From contig CAYWQH010000004.1 of NCBI GenBank assembly GCA_964460855.1, forward strand, positions 39,015 through 103,014: a stretch of DNA of 64,000 nucleotides, in the 5' to 3' direction. The notes beneath the pieces were generated by a model. That model saw only the letters and a program-made list of their open reading frames with translations. It did no database searches and had not been told where the DNA came from. Both the position numbers and the translations under genes were made by a program. The stretch's first letter is position 1. Each line of letters starts with the position of its first letter. Positions 19,023-28,722 of this stretch are shown here, one piece after another. The DNA comes from an uncultured Candidatus Saccharibacteria bacterium. Its GTDB lineage: Bacteria; Patescibacteriota; Saccharimonadia; Saccharimonadales; UBA10212.

Positions 19023-19073
19023 TGCCGCGGCTTGGGTTATAATGGCACCAAGAAGTTATGAGGGAAAATCAAA

Positions 19074-19739
19074 ATGGTTAGCTTAATAGTCGGAGGCACA
19101 TCGGGGCTTGGTTTAGAGATCGCCAAAAAACTGCGCGACAGCGGCGACGAAGTGCATGTTACCGGCAGGCGCGAAACGGTGGAGCAGGGCCTGCAATTCC
19201 ATTATCTGGAAATTAACCTTGACCCTAATTTGCCGGGCATTATTGCCAGCCTGGTGCGCAAACTGCCGAGCGTAGACCGGCTTTTTTACGCCGCCGGTTA
19301 TTACCAGGAAGGCACTATTACAGACCTTAGCAACGACGATATACAGCATATGATCGCCGTAGGTTTGGAAGCGCCCGTTTGGTTCGTGCGCGAATTACTT
19401 TTGCATAACGGCAAAATTGCCGAATTCGTAGCAATTACCTCTTCCAGCCAATGGACGCCGCGGCTTCAGGAGCCGATTTATACGGCCACCAAGGCATCGC
19501 TGGGCCAGTTAGCTAATTCGCTTAGTTTGGACAAAAGGATTGAAAAGACTTTAGTTGTAGCGCCGGCCGGTATGAAAACAAATTTTTGGCACGGTTCCGG
19601 CCAGAACATGGAAAAATACAATAATGCCGACTGGGTGGCCGGAGAAACCATTGAAGCCTTAAAGCCTGATTTTATGTACGCTTTCGTTAAAATCTTGCGC
19701 GACCCGCCGCGCCGCGAAATCGCCGAACTAAGAACCTGA
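19074..19739 (+). CDS. Short-chain dehydrogenase/reductase family oxidoreductase
   Basis: GGTSGLGLEIA (TGxxxGxG) and catalytic YTATKAS (YxxxK). Confidence 0.8.
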   Translation: MVSLIVGGTSGLGLEIAKKLRDSGDEVHVTGRRETVEQGLQFHYLEINLDPNLPGIIASLVRKLPSVDRLFYAAGYYQEGTITDLSNDDIQHMIAVGLEAPVWFVRELLLHNGKIAEFVAITSSSQWTPRLQEPIYTATKASLGQLANSLSLDKRIEKTLVVAPAGMKTNFWHGSGQNMEKYNNADWVAGETIEALKPDFMYAFVKILRDPPRREIAELRT

Positions 19740-19760
19740 AACAGATAAAATTATGCTAAA

Positions 19761-21068
19761 ATGGCGCTAATGGATGCGCCTAAACTCGAGGATATTGTCA
19801 GCCTGGCCAAACGCCGCGGTTTTATTTTCCAAGGCTCCGAACTTTATGGCGGCCTGGCCGGTACTTGGGACTACGGCCCGCTCGGCGCCCAGCTTAAAAG
19901 CAACATTATAAATGCCTGGCTAAAGTATTTCGTTGATGGCTGGGACGACATGTATTTGGTCGATACGACCATATTAATGAACCCCAAAGTTTGGCAGGCG
20001 AGCGGCCATGTCGATACGTTTACTGATCCGATAGCGGAGTGCGGTAACTGCCACGCCCGTTTCAGGGCCGATAAGATCGATACGGCTAAATGCCCGAACT
20101 GCGGCCAGGAACATACATTCGGCGAGCCGCGCCAGTTTAACATGATGTTTAAAACCAATGTCGGACCAATTGAGGATGAAAATTCCATTTCATACCTTCG
20201 GCCCGAAACCGCACAGGGCATGTTTACCAATTATAAAAACATTCTTGATGTGTTTTACCCGGATTTGCCTTTCGGTATTGCCCAAGTTGGCCGGGCTTTC
20301 CGAAACGAAATCAGCCCGCGTGATTTTATTTTCCGCAGCCGCGAATTCGAAATCATGGAATTCGAATTTTTCGTACAGCCAGACAAATGGCAGGAGTCGT
20401 TCGATAAATGGCACCAGTGCATGTACAGCTGGTTTGAAAGCATCGGCTTGCCGAAGGAAAAGATTAAAGAAATAGAAGTGCCCGAAAACGACCGGGCCCA
20501 TTACAGCCAGCGAACCGTTGATTTTCATTTTGATTATCCCAGCTTAGGTTTTGAAGAAATAGCCGGACTGGCATACCGTACAGATTTTGACCTGAAAAAC
20601 CACCAGGAAAAATCCGGCCGCAATTTAGAGTACCGGCCCAAAGCGGGCGGGGAACCATTTATCCCACATGTAGTGGAACCGACTTTTGGCGTTGACCGCC
20701 ACGTAATGGCCGTGCTATCCGCTGCTTATACCCAAGATGAAGTAAATGGTGAAAAGCGGAATTTCTTAAAGCTGCCGCACAACATGGCGCCGATAAAAGT
20801 CGCCGTCAGCCCGCTGCTAAAAAATAAGTCCGAACTGGTAGGCAAGGCCAGGGAAGTATACGATATGCTCAAAAAAGATATCAGCAACGTAATGTGGGAC
20901 GACAACGGCAACATAGGCAAGCGCTACCGCCGCCAGGATGAGATCGGCACGCCGTGGTGCGTCACCATAGATTTCGATTCGCTCAACGACAACACCGTAA
21001 CTTTAAGAAACCGCGACTCAACCCAGCAGGAACGTGTCAAAATAGAGGAGTTGTTAAATAAAATTTAG
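19761..21068 (+). CDS. glyQS: Glycine--tRNA ligase (class II, alpha2 type)
   Basis: Motifs FRNEISPR, a Cys-rich insertion (CGNCHARF, CPNCG) and a C-terminal anticodon-binding domain. Confidence 0.95.
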   Translation: MALMDAPKLEDIVSLAKRRGFIFQGSELYGGLAGTWDYGPLGAQLKSNIINAWLKYFVDGWDDMYLVDTTILMNPKVWQASGHVDTFTDPIAECGNCHARFRADKIDTAKCPNCGQEHTFGEPRQFNMMFKTNVGPIEDENSISYLRPETAQGMFTNYKNILDVFYPDLPFGIAQVGRAFRNEISPRDFIFRSREFEIMEFEFFVQPDKWQESFDKWHQCMYSWFESIGLPKEKIKEIEVPENDRAHYSQRTVDFHFDYPSLGFEEIAGLAYRTDFDLKNHQEKSGRNLEYRPKAGGEPFIPHVVEPTFGVDRHVMAVLSAAYTQDEVNGEKRNFLKLPHNMAPIKVAVSPLLKNKSELVGKAREVYDMLKKDISNVMWDDNGNIGKRYRRQDEIGTPWCVTIDFDSLNDNTVTLRNRDSTQQERVKIEELLNKI

Positions 21069-21077
21069 GAGCAGGTT

Positions 21078-21455
21078 ATGTTAAAAGATGTCGAAGTACT
21101 AGCCAATGTAGCGGTCAGCGACCGGGCCAAGGCTAAAGAATTTTACAGCGACAAACTAGGTTTAAATTTAGCTGATGAAAGCATGGCGGGGCTAACCTAC
21201 CAGTGCGGGCCGGGCAAACTTTTTGTTTATGAATCAGCCAATTCGGCCGGTAAGGGCGAAGCTACTTGCGCCACCTGGACAGTTACGGATTTAGAACCAA
21301 TCGTTAACGATCTTAAAAGCAAGGGCGTGGAATTTAACCACTTTGAAATGCCCCAAGGCGAATGGCAGGGCGACATGCTGGTTATGGGCGGCATGAAAGC
21401 AGCCTGGATGAAGGACCCCGACGGCAACACTCTCGGCCTCGTCCAAATGGCTTAA
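21078..21455 (+). CDS. VOC/glyoxalase-family protein
   Basis: A 125-aa beta-alpha-beta-beta-beta pattern ending in KDPDGNTLGL. Confidence 0.75.
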   Translation: MLKDVEVLANVAVSDRAKAKEFYSDKLGLNLADESMAGLTYQCGPGKLFVYESANSAGKGEATCATWTVTDLEPIVNDLKSKGVEFNHFEMPQGEWQGDMLVMGGMKAAWMKDPDGNTLGLVQMA

Positions 21456-21889
21456 ATTAATTCTGTATCTCTAACCAGAAGATTAAGACCGCTCATCTTA
21501 TCGTTAGTATGTATTGGGCGCGCTTCAGGAATAAAACCGGTTTCTTCTGCCACTACCCAGTAGGGCCGTACTCTAATAGCTAGATCGCCAATTCTATTAA
21601 AAATATACCTGTTACTTTGCAGGGTTCTATGTCTTTCCATGGCCTCCGGAGTTATATCGTCAAACCTGCTTTCTGATAATCGTGCCACCCAAATAGATCC
21701 GCGCTGAATGTCCGGGGCTATTTCTCTGTACTTGTTATAAAGTTTTTCAATAGCTCCTAAAATGAATTCTCGGCCATCAACCAAAACTTCCCGGAGAAAT
21801 TCCGGGTCATCAGCCTGTAAATACTCGCCATTAACCAGCAAGATATTGTCAAACGCCATATCATTACAACAGGATAGCGCGAGTTTCAT
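21452..21889 (-). CDS. Hypothetical protein, AT-rich orphan
   Basis: 145-aa ORF with no recognised motif. TATAAT (plus-strand 21898-21903) ends 8 nt before the ATG and there is no SD. Its stop overlaps the VOC stop within TTAA. Confidence 0.5.
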   Translation of the reverse strand: MKLALSCCNDMAFDNILLVNGEYLQADDPEFLREVLVDGREFILGAIEKLYNKYREIAPDIQRGSIWVARLSESRFDDITPEAMERHRTLQSNRYIFNRIGDLAIRVRPYWVVAEETGFIPEARPIHTNDKMSGLNLLVRDTELI

Positions 21890-21940
21890 AAAAGCTAATT
21901 ATAAAATAAAACATGACTATAAACAATTTTTAACAGATAC

Positions 21941-21970
21941 CAAAACCCCGCGGTTTTAAGGCCGCGGGGT
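21941..21970 (-). terminator. Intrinsic terminator downstream of the Rpf-like gene
   Basis: On the minus strand, ACCCCGCGG / CCGCGGGGT form a 9-bp stem followed by TTTTGG. Confidence 0.7.
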
Positions 21971-21999
21971 CCATTCAAGCAACTCTATTTAATGTGCGT

Positions 22000-22671
<672 letters not shown>

Positions 22672-22886
22672 CTAATCGCCCCTTGTTTTGTCACCAGATA
22701 GCTTAGTTAATATTAATTTATGACCATGGGTGACAGGGGTCGATTTGCAATGTACGTGCTCCAAAAAATTGAAACACAAATACCAGCCTAGCAAACGCGT
22801 AAATGCAGGTCAAGCATTACACCTTTCAACCCGGTGCCCGAACCGGCCGGGCATAGTAAAATTGATATATAACGTGGAGGACGGCA

Positions 22887-23489
22887 ATGAAGGTAACCAG
22901 GTATTTCCAAAGCTGCTTATTAATCGAAGACGGCAAAACCCGGCTGGTGATTGACCCCAGCGGCGCCGAAGCCGATACCGATTTCGGCAAACTTGACGCC
23001 GTAATTTATACCCACGAGCACGGCGACCATTTTGATGCTGATTTAGCCGAAAAACTAAAAACAGCCGGGGCCGCAGTATATACAAACCAGAGTACTGCCA
23101 AACATATGAAAAGCCAGCCTAACGTAGTCAGCGACAACCAGGAATTTAAAATCGGCAGTTTATCAATCAAGGCCAGGGAATTGCCCCATTGTTTGATGTG
23201 GGACGGCAGCCCGGGGCCGCAAAATACCGGTTATGTGATTGAAAATAAACTTTTCCACTCGGGCGACGGGGTAGTGCTCGAAGGATTAGCTATAGATACA
23301 GTAGCTTTGCCGATAACCGGCCCGGACGTGTCGCTAAAAGACGCAATCGCATTTGCCAAGCAATTATCGGCCAAACAAATTATTCCAGTGCATTACGACT
23401 ATATTGGTACCAAACCGGACGTTTTTGCCAGTGTGGCCGGCGGTTTTGATGTTCATGTGCTGGCCAATGGCGAGAGCGCAGATATATAA
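22887..23489 (+). CDS. MBL-fold metallo-hydrolase
   Basis: GGAGGA SD and HEHGDH (HxHxDH). Confidence 0.8.
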   Translation: MKVTRYFQSCLLIEDGKTRLVIDPSGAEADTDFGKLDAVIYTHEHGDHFDADLAEKLKTAGAAVYTNQSTAKHMKSQPNVVSDNQEFKIGSLSIKARELPHCLMWDGSPGPQNTGYVIENKLFHSGDGVVLEGLAIDTVALPITGPDVSLKDAIAFAKQLSAKQIIPVHYDYIGTKPDVFASVAGGFDVHVLANGESADI

Positions 23490-23717
23490 ATGCGGCAATT
23501 CGCAATTTATGTAAAGCCGGGCAGTAAATTGGGCCCCTTAATCGAAGCCGATATTAGCGGCGATATGACGATTTATTTGCGCGAACGGCCAGTCGATACC
23601 CAGGCCAACCCGCAAATAGTCAGAATGATAGCCGAGCATTTAATGGTGCCCAAAAACAAAGTTCAAATTATCCGCGGCGAAAAAACCCGCCAAAAGCTGA
23701 TACGCGTCAACGATTAG
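23490..23717 (+). CDS. DUF167/YggU-family small protein
   Basis: 75 aa, starting directly after the MBL stop. Pattern V.V.PG....I........I.L...P..G.AN..L reads YVKPGSKLG...YLRERPVDTQANPQIV. Confidence 0.65.
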   Translation: MRQFAIYVKPGSKLGPLIEADISGDMTIYLRERPVDTQANPQIVRMIAEHLMVPKNKVQIIRGEKTRQKLIRVND

Positions 23718-23840
23718 CATAAGCGTTACCCTTGTGGCACCAAAAATGTTATGATTAACACCGTCAGGTTGGCCGCCGCAAGCCGGCACAACAGGGAAGG
23801 GCACAATTTTTAACCAGCTTGCAGATTATAAAGGAAATTT

Positions 23841-24407
23841 ATGAACCAACCACCCAAGCCAAAGCGCGGGAATTACGCATTCATTGATAACCAAAATTTA
23901 AATCTAGGTATCCAAAAGCTGGGCTGGAAACTCAGCTGGCGCAAGTTTCATGACTACTTGCGCAAAAATTACGGCGTCGACAAAGCTTTTATGTTTATCG
24001 GCTACATGCCTGACCACGAAGAGCTCTATACCCATATGCACGACTTAGGCTATTTTGTAGTGCTTAAGCCAACGCTTGATATGCGCAAGATGCCTATTGA
24101 GGGTGCGCCGGAGCCCGAACCGGAGCAGCCCGGCGACGATAAAAAACCGGCCGTTAAGGGCAATGTAGACGCCGAGCTAGTGTTGTATGCAATTAAAGAA
24201 ATGCCAAACTACAACAAAGCCATTGTAGTTTCCGGCGACGGAGACTTTTTTAGCCTGGTGGAGTATTTGGCGCAGCAGGGCAAACTGCAAAACATCATGG
24301 CGCCAAACTGGCAATACTCCAGTTTGCTTAAGCCCTTTGACGAATATATTATCCGGCTGGACAAATTCCGCCGGCAGCTGAGCTACATCGACAGGCCTAA
24401 GAAATAA
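23841..24407 (+). CDS. NYN/LabA-like domain protein (putative RNase)
   Basis: N-terminal YAFIDNQNL and the VSGDGDF motif. Confidence 0.8.
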   Translation: MNQPPKPKRGNYAFIDNQNLNLGIQKLGWKLSWRKFHDYLRKNYGVDKAFMFIGYMPDHEELYTHMHDLGYFVVLKPTLDMRKMPIEGAPEPEPEQPGDDKKPAVKGNVDAELVLYAIKEMPNYNKAIVVSGDGDFFSLVEYLAQQGKLQNIMAPNWQYSSLLKPFDEYIIRLDKFRRQLSYIDRPKK

Positions 24408-24437
24408 AAAAAGCCCCCTCAATCGGGGGCTTTTTTT
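24406..24437. terminator. Bidirectional intrinsic terminator
   Basis: AAAAAAA-GCCCCC-TCAATC-GGGGGC-TTTTTTT lies between the convergent NYN and repeat-protein genes. Confidence 0.8.
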
Positions 24438-24456
24438 GAGCAGCCGGTAGAACAGG

Positions 24457-25491
24457 TTAGTTGGTGATAGACAGGGAAACGTCGGTGCTATTGTAGTTGC
24501 TGGCATCGCCGCTGGAAGCATCGCCGCCAATGGTGTTGCCGCTTACCGTAGCGTTGCCGGTGCGGGCAGTTTGGAAGTTGGAGTTTCGGATAGTTACAGT
24601 GTTGCGGTTGGTAACCGTAATGTTGCTTCGGTTGTTGAAGTCCCTGTGCATGTCACCGACGTTGTTGTGGTGGCTGGGATAGCTTGGCTGGTAATTGTTG
24701 TTACCGTAACTCATCATATGGCTGTCGTAGTTTTGATTGTGGGAAGGCTGGTAGTTATTCTGCATATGGTAATTGGCCATGTAGCTGTTGTGGTAGTCGT
24801 TCATATGGCTGTCGTAGTTCTGCTGGTAGCGGGGTTGCATGTTGTTATTGTGGCTGACAAAACCTGCACTACTAATTACATTGTGCGAGCCGGCGCCGGT
24901 TAGCGAAATCGATCCGCCGCCGCGTCCGCTGATGATGTTGGTAGAGCCGGGGCCGGTCAAGGTAATTGATCCGCCGCCGCGTCCGCCGTTGATGAAGTTA
25001 AATGAATCCGGACCAGTCAAGAAGATATTGCCGCCATGGCTGCTGCTGATTACATTGCGCGAACCGGGGCCGGTTAAGTGGATGCTGGCACTCATCATGC
25101 CCCCGCCGTAACCGCTATTGCTGTGCATGCTGTTAAAGCAGCCGCTATTGCCGCCATTGTTCATATTGCCGTAGTTGTTGTTATGCGAATAATTCATAAC
25201 ATAAACCGCCGGCCTGAAATAATTATCGTGTTTTTGATAATTACTTGATTGGTAATTGTTCATATTTTTGTGGTGTTTGAGGTGCTTTTTATTTTGGTGG
25301 TCGTCTTTATCTTTATGATGGTTGTTTTGGTAATTGTTATTTTGGTAGGTACTCATCTGGTAATCCCAGTTATGCTGCCAGTATTGAGAGTTTCCGCCGT
25401 AGCTACCTGCCGCCGCCACGCCAGTCAAACCCACGCAAGCCACAATCGATGCCGCGGAAACACTGACAGCTTTAAATAAAGCCTTTCTCAC
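24457..25491 (-). CDS. Secreted His/Asn/Tyr/Gln-rich protein with Gly-rich ~20-aa solenoid-like repeats
   Basis: GTG 25491 after a GGGGGAG SD is preferred over track ATG 25566. Signal peptide (ALFKAVSVSAASIVACVGLTGVAAA). Four repeats of the type I(S/T/F/H)LTG(P/A)(G/D)S.N.I(S/N).(G/S)...GG. Confidence 0.7.
   Translation of the reverse strand: MRKALFKAVSVSAASIVACVGLTGVAAAGSYGGNSQYWQHNWDYQMSTYQNNNYQNNHHKDKDDHQNKKHLKHHKNMNNYQSSNYQKHDNYFRPAVYVMNYSHNNNYGNMNNGGNSGCFNSMHSNSGYGGGMMSASIHLTGPGSRNVISSSHGGNIFLTGPDSFNFINGGRGGGSITLTGPGSTNIISGRGGGSISLTGAGSHNVISSAGFVSHNNNMQPRYQQNYDSHMNDYHNSYMANYHMQNNYQPSHNQNYDSHMMSYGNNNYQPSYPSHHNNVGDMHRDFNNRSNITVTNRNTVTIRNSNFQTARTGNATVSGNTIGGDASSGDASNYNSTDVSLSITN
24896..25100 (-). 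repeat. Tandem ~57-66-bp coding repeats inside the repeat-protein gene
   Basis: Plus-strand units such as CCGGTYARGGWAATYGATCCGCCGCCGCGTCCGC recur. Two adjacent copies are nearly identical over about 30 nt. Confidence 0.6.
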
Positions 25492-25622
25492 AATCGCTCC
25501 CCCTAATATTAATAAGTTCACCCACTCTATAAGGGTAAGCGGCATAACGGCAGTATCTTTTTTCACACTTGTCTTTAAGCGTTGGCGTCAAAGCGGTTAC
25601 GTTGTGTACAATATGTAGCGAT

Positions 25623-26885
25623 ATGGCGAGTAAAAAAGGTTATTTTCCGCCGGATTTCCTATGGGGGGCCAGCACATCAAGCCACCAGGTAGAGGGCAAT
25701 AATTACAACCAGTGGACGGTCTGGGAAGTTGACAATGCGCAGCGGCTGGCCGGACTGGCCAAAGACCGCTATGGCCAGCTGCCTAATTGGAAACAAATCT
25801 ACAAAGCAGCCCAAGAACCCGAAAACTATATCAGCGGCCAGGCCATCGACCATTTCCACCGTTATAAAGAAGATTTTGATATAGCCAAAAGCTTAAACCT
25901 TAATTCGCTGCGTTTCGGACTAGAATGGTCGCGGCTGGAACCCGAAGAAGGCCAGTGGGAGCTGGAGGCCTTCGAACACTACAGGCAATACATCAATGAA
26001 CTTAAAAAACGGGGCCTGGAGCCCATCATGAATATCTGGCATTGGACTATGCCGGTTTGGTTTGCCGATAAAGGGGGATTTGCCAAGCGCGGCAACGTTA
26101 AATATTTTAAGCGCTTCGTCCAAAAACTAACCGAAGAGTTGGATTTTAAAGAATTTAAATACGTAATTACTATTAACGAGCCGAATGTATATATAACTAA
26201 CAGTTACGGTATCGGCGAATGGCCGCCGCAGCATAAAAACTGGCTACGGGCGCTGTGGGTGTTGCGTAACCTTACGATTGCCCATATACAGGCCTACGAT
26301 GTACTTAAACGGGCCGCGCCGCACCTGCAGGTGGGCATAGCCAGCCAGCTGGCTAATATCCAAGCCAAGCACCCCCATGACGTCGGCGACGAGCTAAGCA
26401 CCGAATCGATGCGCTTTTTTTGGAACTGGTGGTTTTTAAACCGGGTTAAGCGCAAACAGGATTTCGTTGGTTTTAACTACTATTTTTCAGATTACTACCA
26501 CGAATTTAGGCGGGCCAGCCCTAAAGTGCCGGTTAGCGACCTGGGCTGGTATATGGAGCCATCCGGATTGTACTTGATAATGCTAAGGGTCTGGGACCGC
26601 TACAAAAAGCCGATTATAGTTACTGAAAACGGCGTGGCAGATGCCAACGACGAGTTTCGCGGCTGGTGGCTGAGCGAAACCATGTTGGCCCTGGCTAAGG
26701 CGGCCAGCGAAGGCGTTCAAATTAAAGGCTATTTGCATTGGAGTTTGCTGGATAATTTCGAATGGAGCAGCGGCTGGTGGCCAAAATTCGGCCTGGTCGA
26801 AGTTGACCGCGCCCGCGGCAATAAGCGCAAAGTCCGTCAAAGCGCCAAAAACTGGGCTAAATGGATAGCCGAACAAAACAAATAG
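25623..26885 (+). CDS. Glycoside hydrolase family 1 (beta-glucosidase-type)
   Basis: ATG 25623 is preferred over track TTG 25569. Motifs FLWGASTSSHQVEG, acid/base ITINEPN and nucleophile IVTENG. Confidence 0.9.
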   Translation: MASKKGYFPPDFLWGASTSSHQVEGNNYNQWTVWEVDNAQRLAGLAKDRYGQLPNWKQIYKAAQEPENYISGQAIDHFHRYKEDFDIAKSLNLNSLRFGLEWSRLEPEEGQWELEAFEHYRQYINELKKRGLEPIMNIWHWTMPVWFADKGGFAKRGNVKYFKRFVQKLTEELDFKEFKYVITINEPNVYITNSYGIGEWPPQHKNWLRALWVLRNLTIAHIQAYDVLKRAAPHLQVGIASQLANIQAKHPHDVGDELSTESMRFFWNWWFLNRVKRKQDFVGFNYYFSDYYHEFRRASPKVPVSDLGWYMEPSGLYLIMLRVWDRYKKPIIVTENGVADANDEFRGWWLSETMLALAKAASEGVQIKGYLHWSLLDNFEWSSGWWPKFGLVEVDRARGNKRKVRQSAKNWAKWIAEQNK

Positions 26886-26971
26886 TTGGTGCCGGCGTTT
26901 AAAATTGCCTAGTGTTTGAATATCTAACCAAACGCTATATAGCGCGACGAGTAAGAAATGCCATACACTTC

Positions 26972-26980
26972 TGTGGATAA
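26972..26980 (+). promoter_or_regulatory. Perfect DnaA-box 9-mer (TGTGGATAA) upstream of mraZ
   Basis: Exact match to the reverse complement of TTATCCACA. The 13-mer CTGTGGATAACTA is identical to 35531-35543. Confidence 0.35.
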
Positions 26981-27015
26981 CTATTAAGCATATCCGGCTT
27001 TTTGATAAAAAAGCC

Positions 27016-27068
27016 TTGCGCGTGGGTAAGAGTGGGTAGTATATTCATGGCAGTGGGTAAAAGTGGGT
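27016..27068 (+). promoter_or_regulatory. dcw promoter with four phased MraZ-type GTGGGT boxes
   Basis: GTGGGT at 27022, 27032, 27053 and 27063 (offsets 0, 10, 31, 41). A TATATT -10 (27040-27045) and a TTGCGC -35 (27016-27021) lie between and around the boxes. Confidence 0.65.
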
Positions 27069-27122
27069 GACCTAAAAAAGGACGCCCAGCATTAAAACAA
27101 AAACCACTAGCAGATCAAAAAT

Positions 27123-27485
27123 ATGGCATCGGTAGACTACTTTGAACGCAAGCTTGATGACAAGCGGCGGTTAACAATACCGACCGAACTTCATGCTGAG
27201 TTCGCAGACGGAGTAGTCATAACAAGAGGCTTCAAAAAATATCTGCATATCTACCCAAAGAAGGTCTGGAATGAGGAGGTCGAACCAGCTCTGAAAGGAA
27301 ATATCCTTGACGAGCGGACGGCCGATTTAAACGTTCAGATCAGAAGAGGTAAAACCGAGGGTGAACTCGACGCCAAACAGGGCCGGATCACCATCGAACA
27401 GCATTTACTCGACTACGCGGGCATTAACCGCGAAGTAGAGGCGACCAGGGCAGGGAACTTCTGGCGGCTGGAAAGTAAAATTTAA
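27123..27485 (+). CDS. mraZ: Transcriptional regulator MraZ
   Basis: Two SpoVT/AbrB-like halves, with DDKRRLTIP and DAKQGRITI. Confidence 0.9.
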   Translation: MASVDYFERKLDDKRRLTIPTELHAEFADGVVITRGFKKYLHIYPKKVWNEEVEPALKGNILDERTADLNVQIRRGKTEGELDAKQGRITIEQHLLDYAGINREVEATRAGNFWRLESKI

Positions 27486-27831
27486 TCCAGTTCCTTAACA
27501 ACCAGGGATAACCAACAGCAACAAACATAGCTCCAATAGGCTAATTCGAGATATCACGCTCGAGGTCAGCTATTTGGCAGCCAGCCGGTGGGTCTGGGGC
27601 ACCACCGTTAAAAAAACCCTCGCACCTTATTCATATATAACACCTCCCAAAACTCCACCTCACACAAAGTCTCTCACAAGAAACTTCGGGTTAGGCAAGA
27701 AGGGCATGTGGCTTTCTACTGGCCCGCCTTTCACTTCGTGCCTAGCCCAAACAAAAACAAAAACTACAAAAAAAACAAAAAGCTGGCTGCTGAATAGGTG
27801 ACCTTGCAAAAACAAAAATGAACATGCAATA

Positions 27832-28722
27832 ATGCACCAAAACAACCAAAAACAAAAACAAAAACATATTCCGGTTCTAACCGGCGAAGTCCTCGATTAT
27901 CTTTCTCCAAAAGAAGGCGATTCTTACCTCGACCTAACGGCGGGGTACGGGGGACATGCCGCGTTAATTCTGGAACGTACCTTACAGCCCCAACGGGCGA
28001 CTCTTGTCGATCGCGATCAAGCCGCATGGCGGCACCTGACTGCACTTTTCGGCAAGACAGGCGCCAATATAATGCACGCCGATTATATGGGCGCCAGCCA
28101 AAAGCTGCTTGCCGAGAAGGTACAGTTTAATTTGATTTTGGCTGATTTGGGCGTTTCGTCACCGCACTTCGATAATACTGAGCGTGGCTTTGCCATCTCC
28201 CAAGATGGCCCCCTCGATATGCGTATGGACCAAAGCCAAGAGCTAACCGCCTTCACAATTGTGAATAATTGGGGTCAGGCGGAGCTCGAGGACATACTCC
28301 GGCGTTATGGCGAGGAGCCAAAAGCCAAAACCATCGCTAGGCTAATTGCCAGCAACCGGCCGGTCCAAACAACCGGCCAACTCGCTCAGATTGTGGCCCA
28401 TGCTTGGCCGGGGCATAGCAAAATCCATCCGGCGACCAGGACGTTTCAAGCGCTCCGGATCGCCGTCAACGATGAGCTCGGACAATTGTCCAACAGCTTA
28501 CCGTTATGGTTGGATCTGCTTGCTCCGGGAGGGCGTTTAGCTATCATCAGCTTCCATAGCCTGGAAGATGGCATTGTAAAACGGTTTTTCGCCGAACACA
28601 GCCATGGCTACGAAGCCAGCCTAAACATCCTCACCCCCAAACCTGTTACGGGTTCACCAGACGAATTAGTTTTTAACCCGCGTGCCCGCAGCGCCCGCTT
28701 GCGAGCCGCAGTAAAAAAATAA
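27832..28722 (+). CDS. rsmH: 16S rRNA (cytosine1402-N4)-methyltransferase
   Basis: Motifs HIPVL, TAGYGGHA, DLGVSS and SFHSLEDGIVK. The first 12 codons are encoded by an A/C tract. Confidence 0.93.
   Translation: MHQNNQKQKQKHIPVLTGEVLDYLSPKEGDSYLDLTAGYGGHAALILERTLQPQRATLVDRDQAAWRHLTALFGKTGANIMHADYMGASQKLLAEKVQFNLILADLGVSSPHFDNTERGFAISQDGPLDMRMDQSQELTAFTIVNNWGQAELEDILRRYGEEPKAKTIARLIASNRPVQTTGQLAQIVAHAWPGHSKIHPATRTFQALRIAVNDELGQLSNSLPLWLDLLAPGGRLAIISFHSLEDGIVKRFFAEHSHGYEASLNILTPKPVTGSPDELVFNPRARSARLRAAVKK

Noticed and set aside
27574-27801. 75-aa ORF (TTG start) in the mraZ-rsmH spacer, and the Phe-rich minus-strand ORFs at 27660-28045
   Set aside because: These are products of the A/C tracts (Lys/Thr/Gln or Phe runs). 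They have no start signals.
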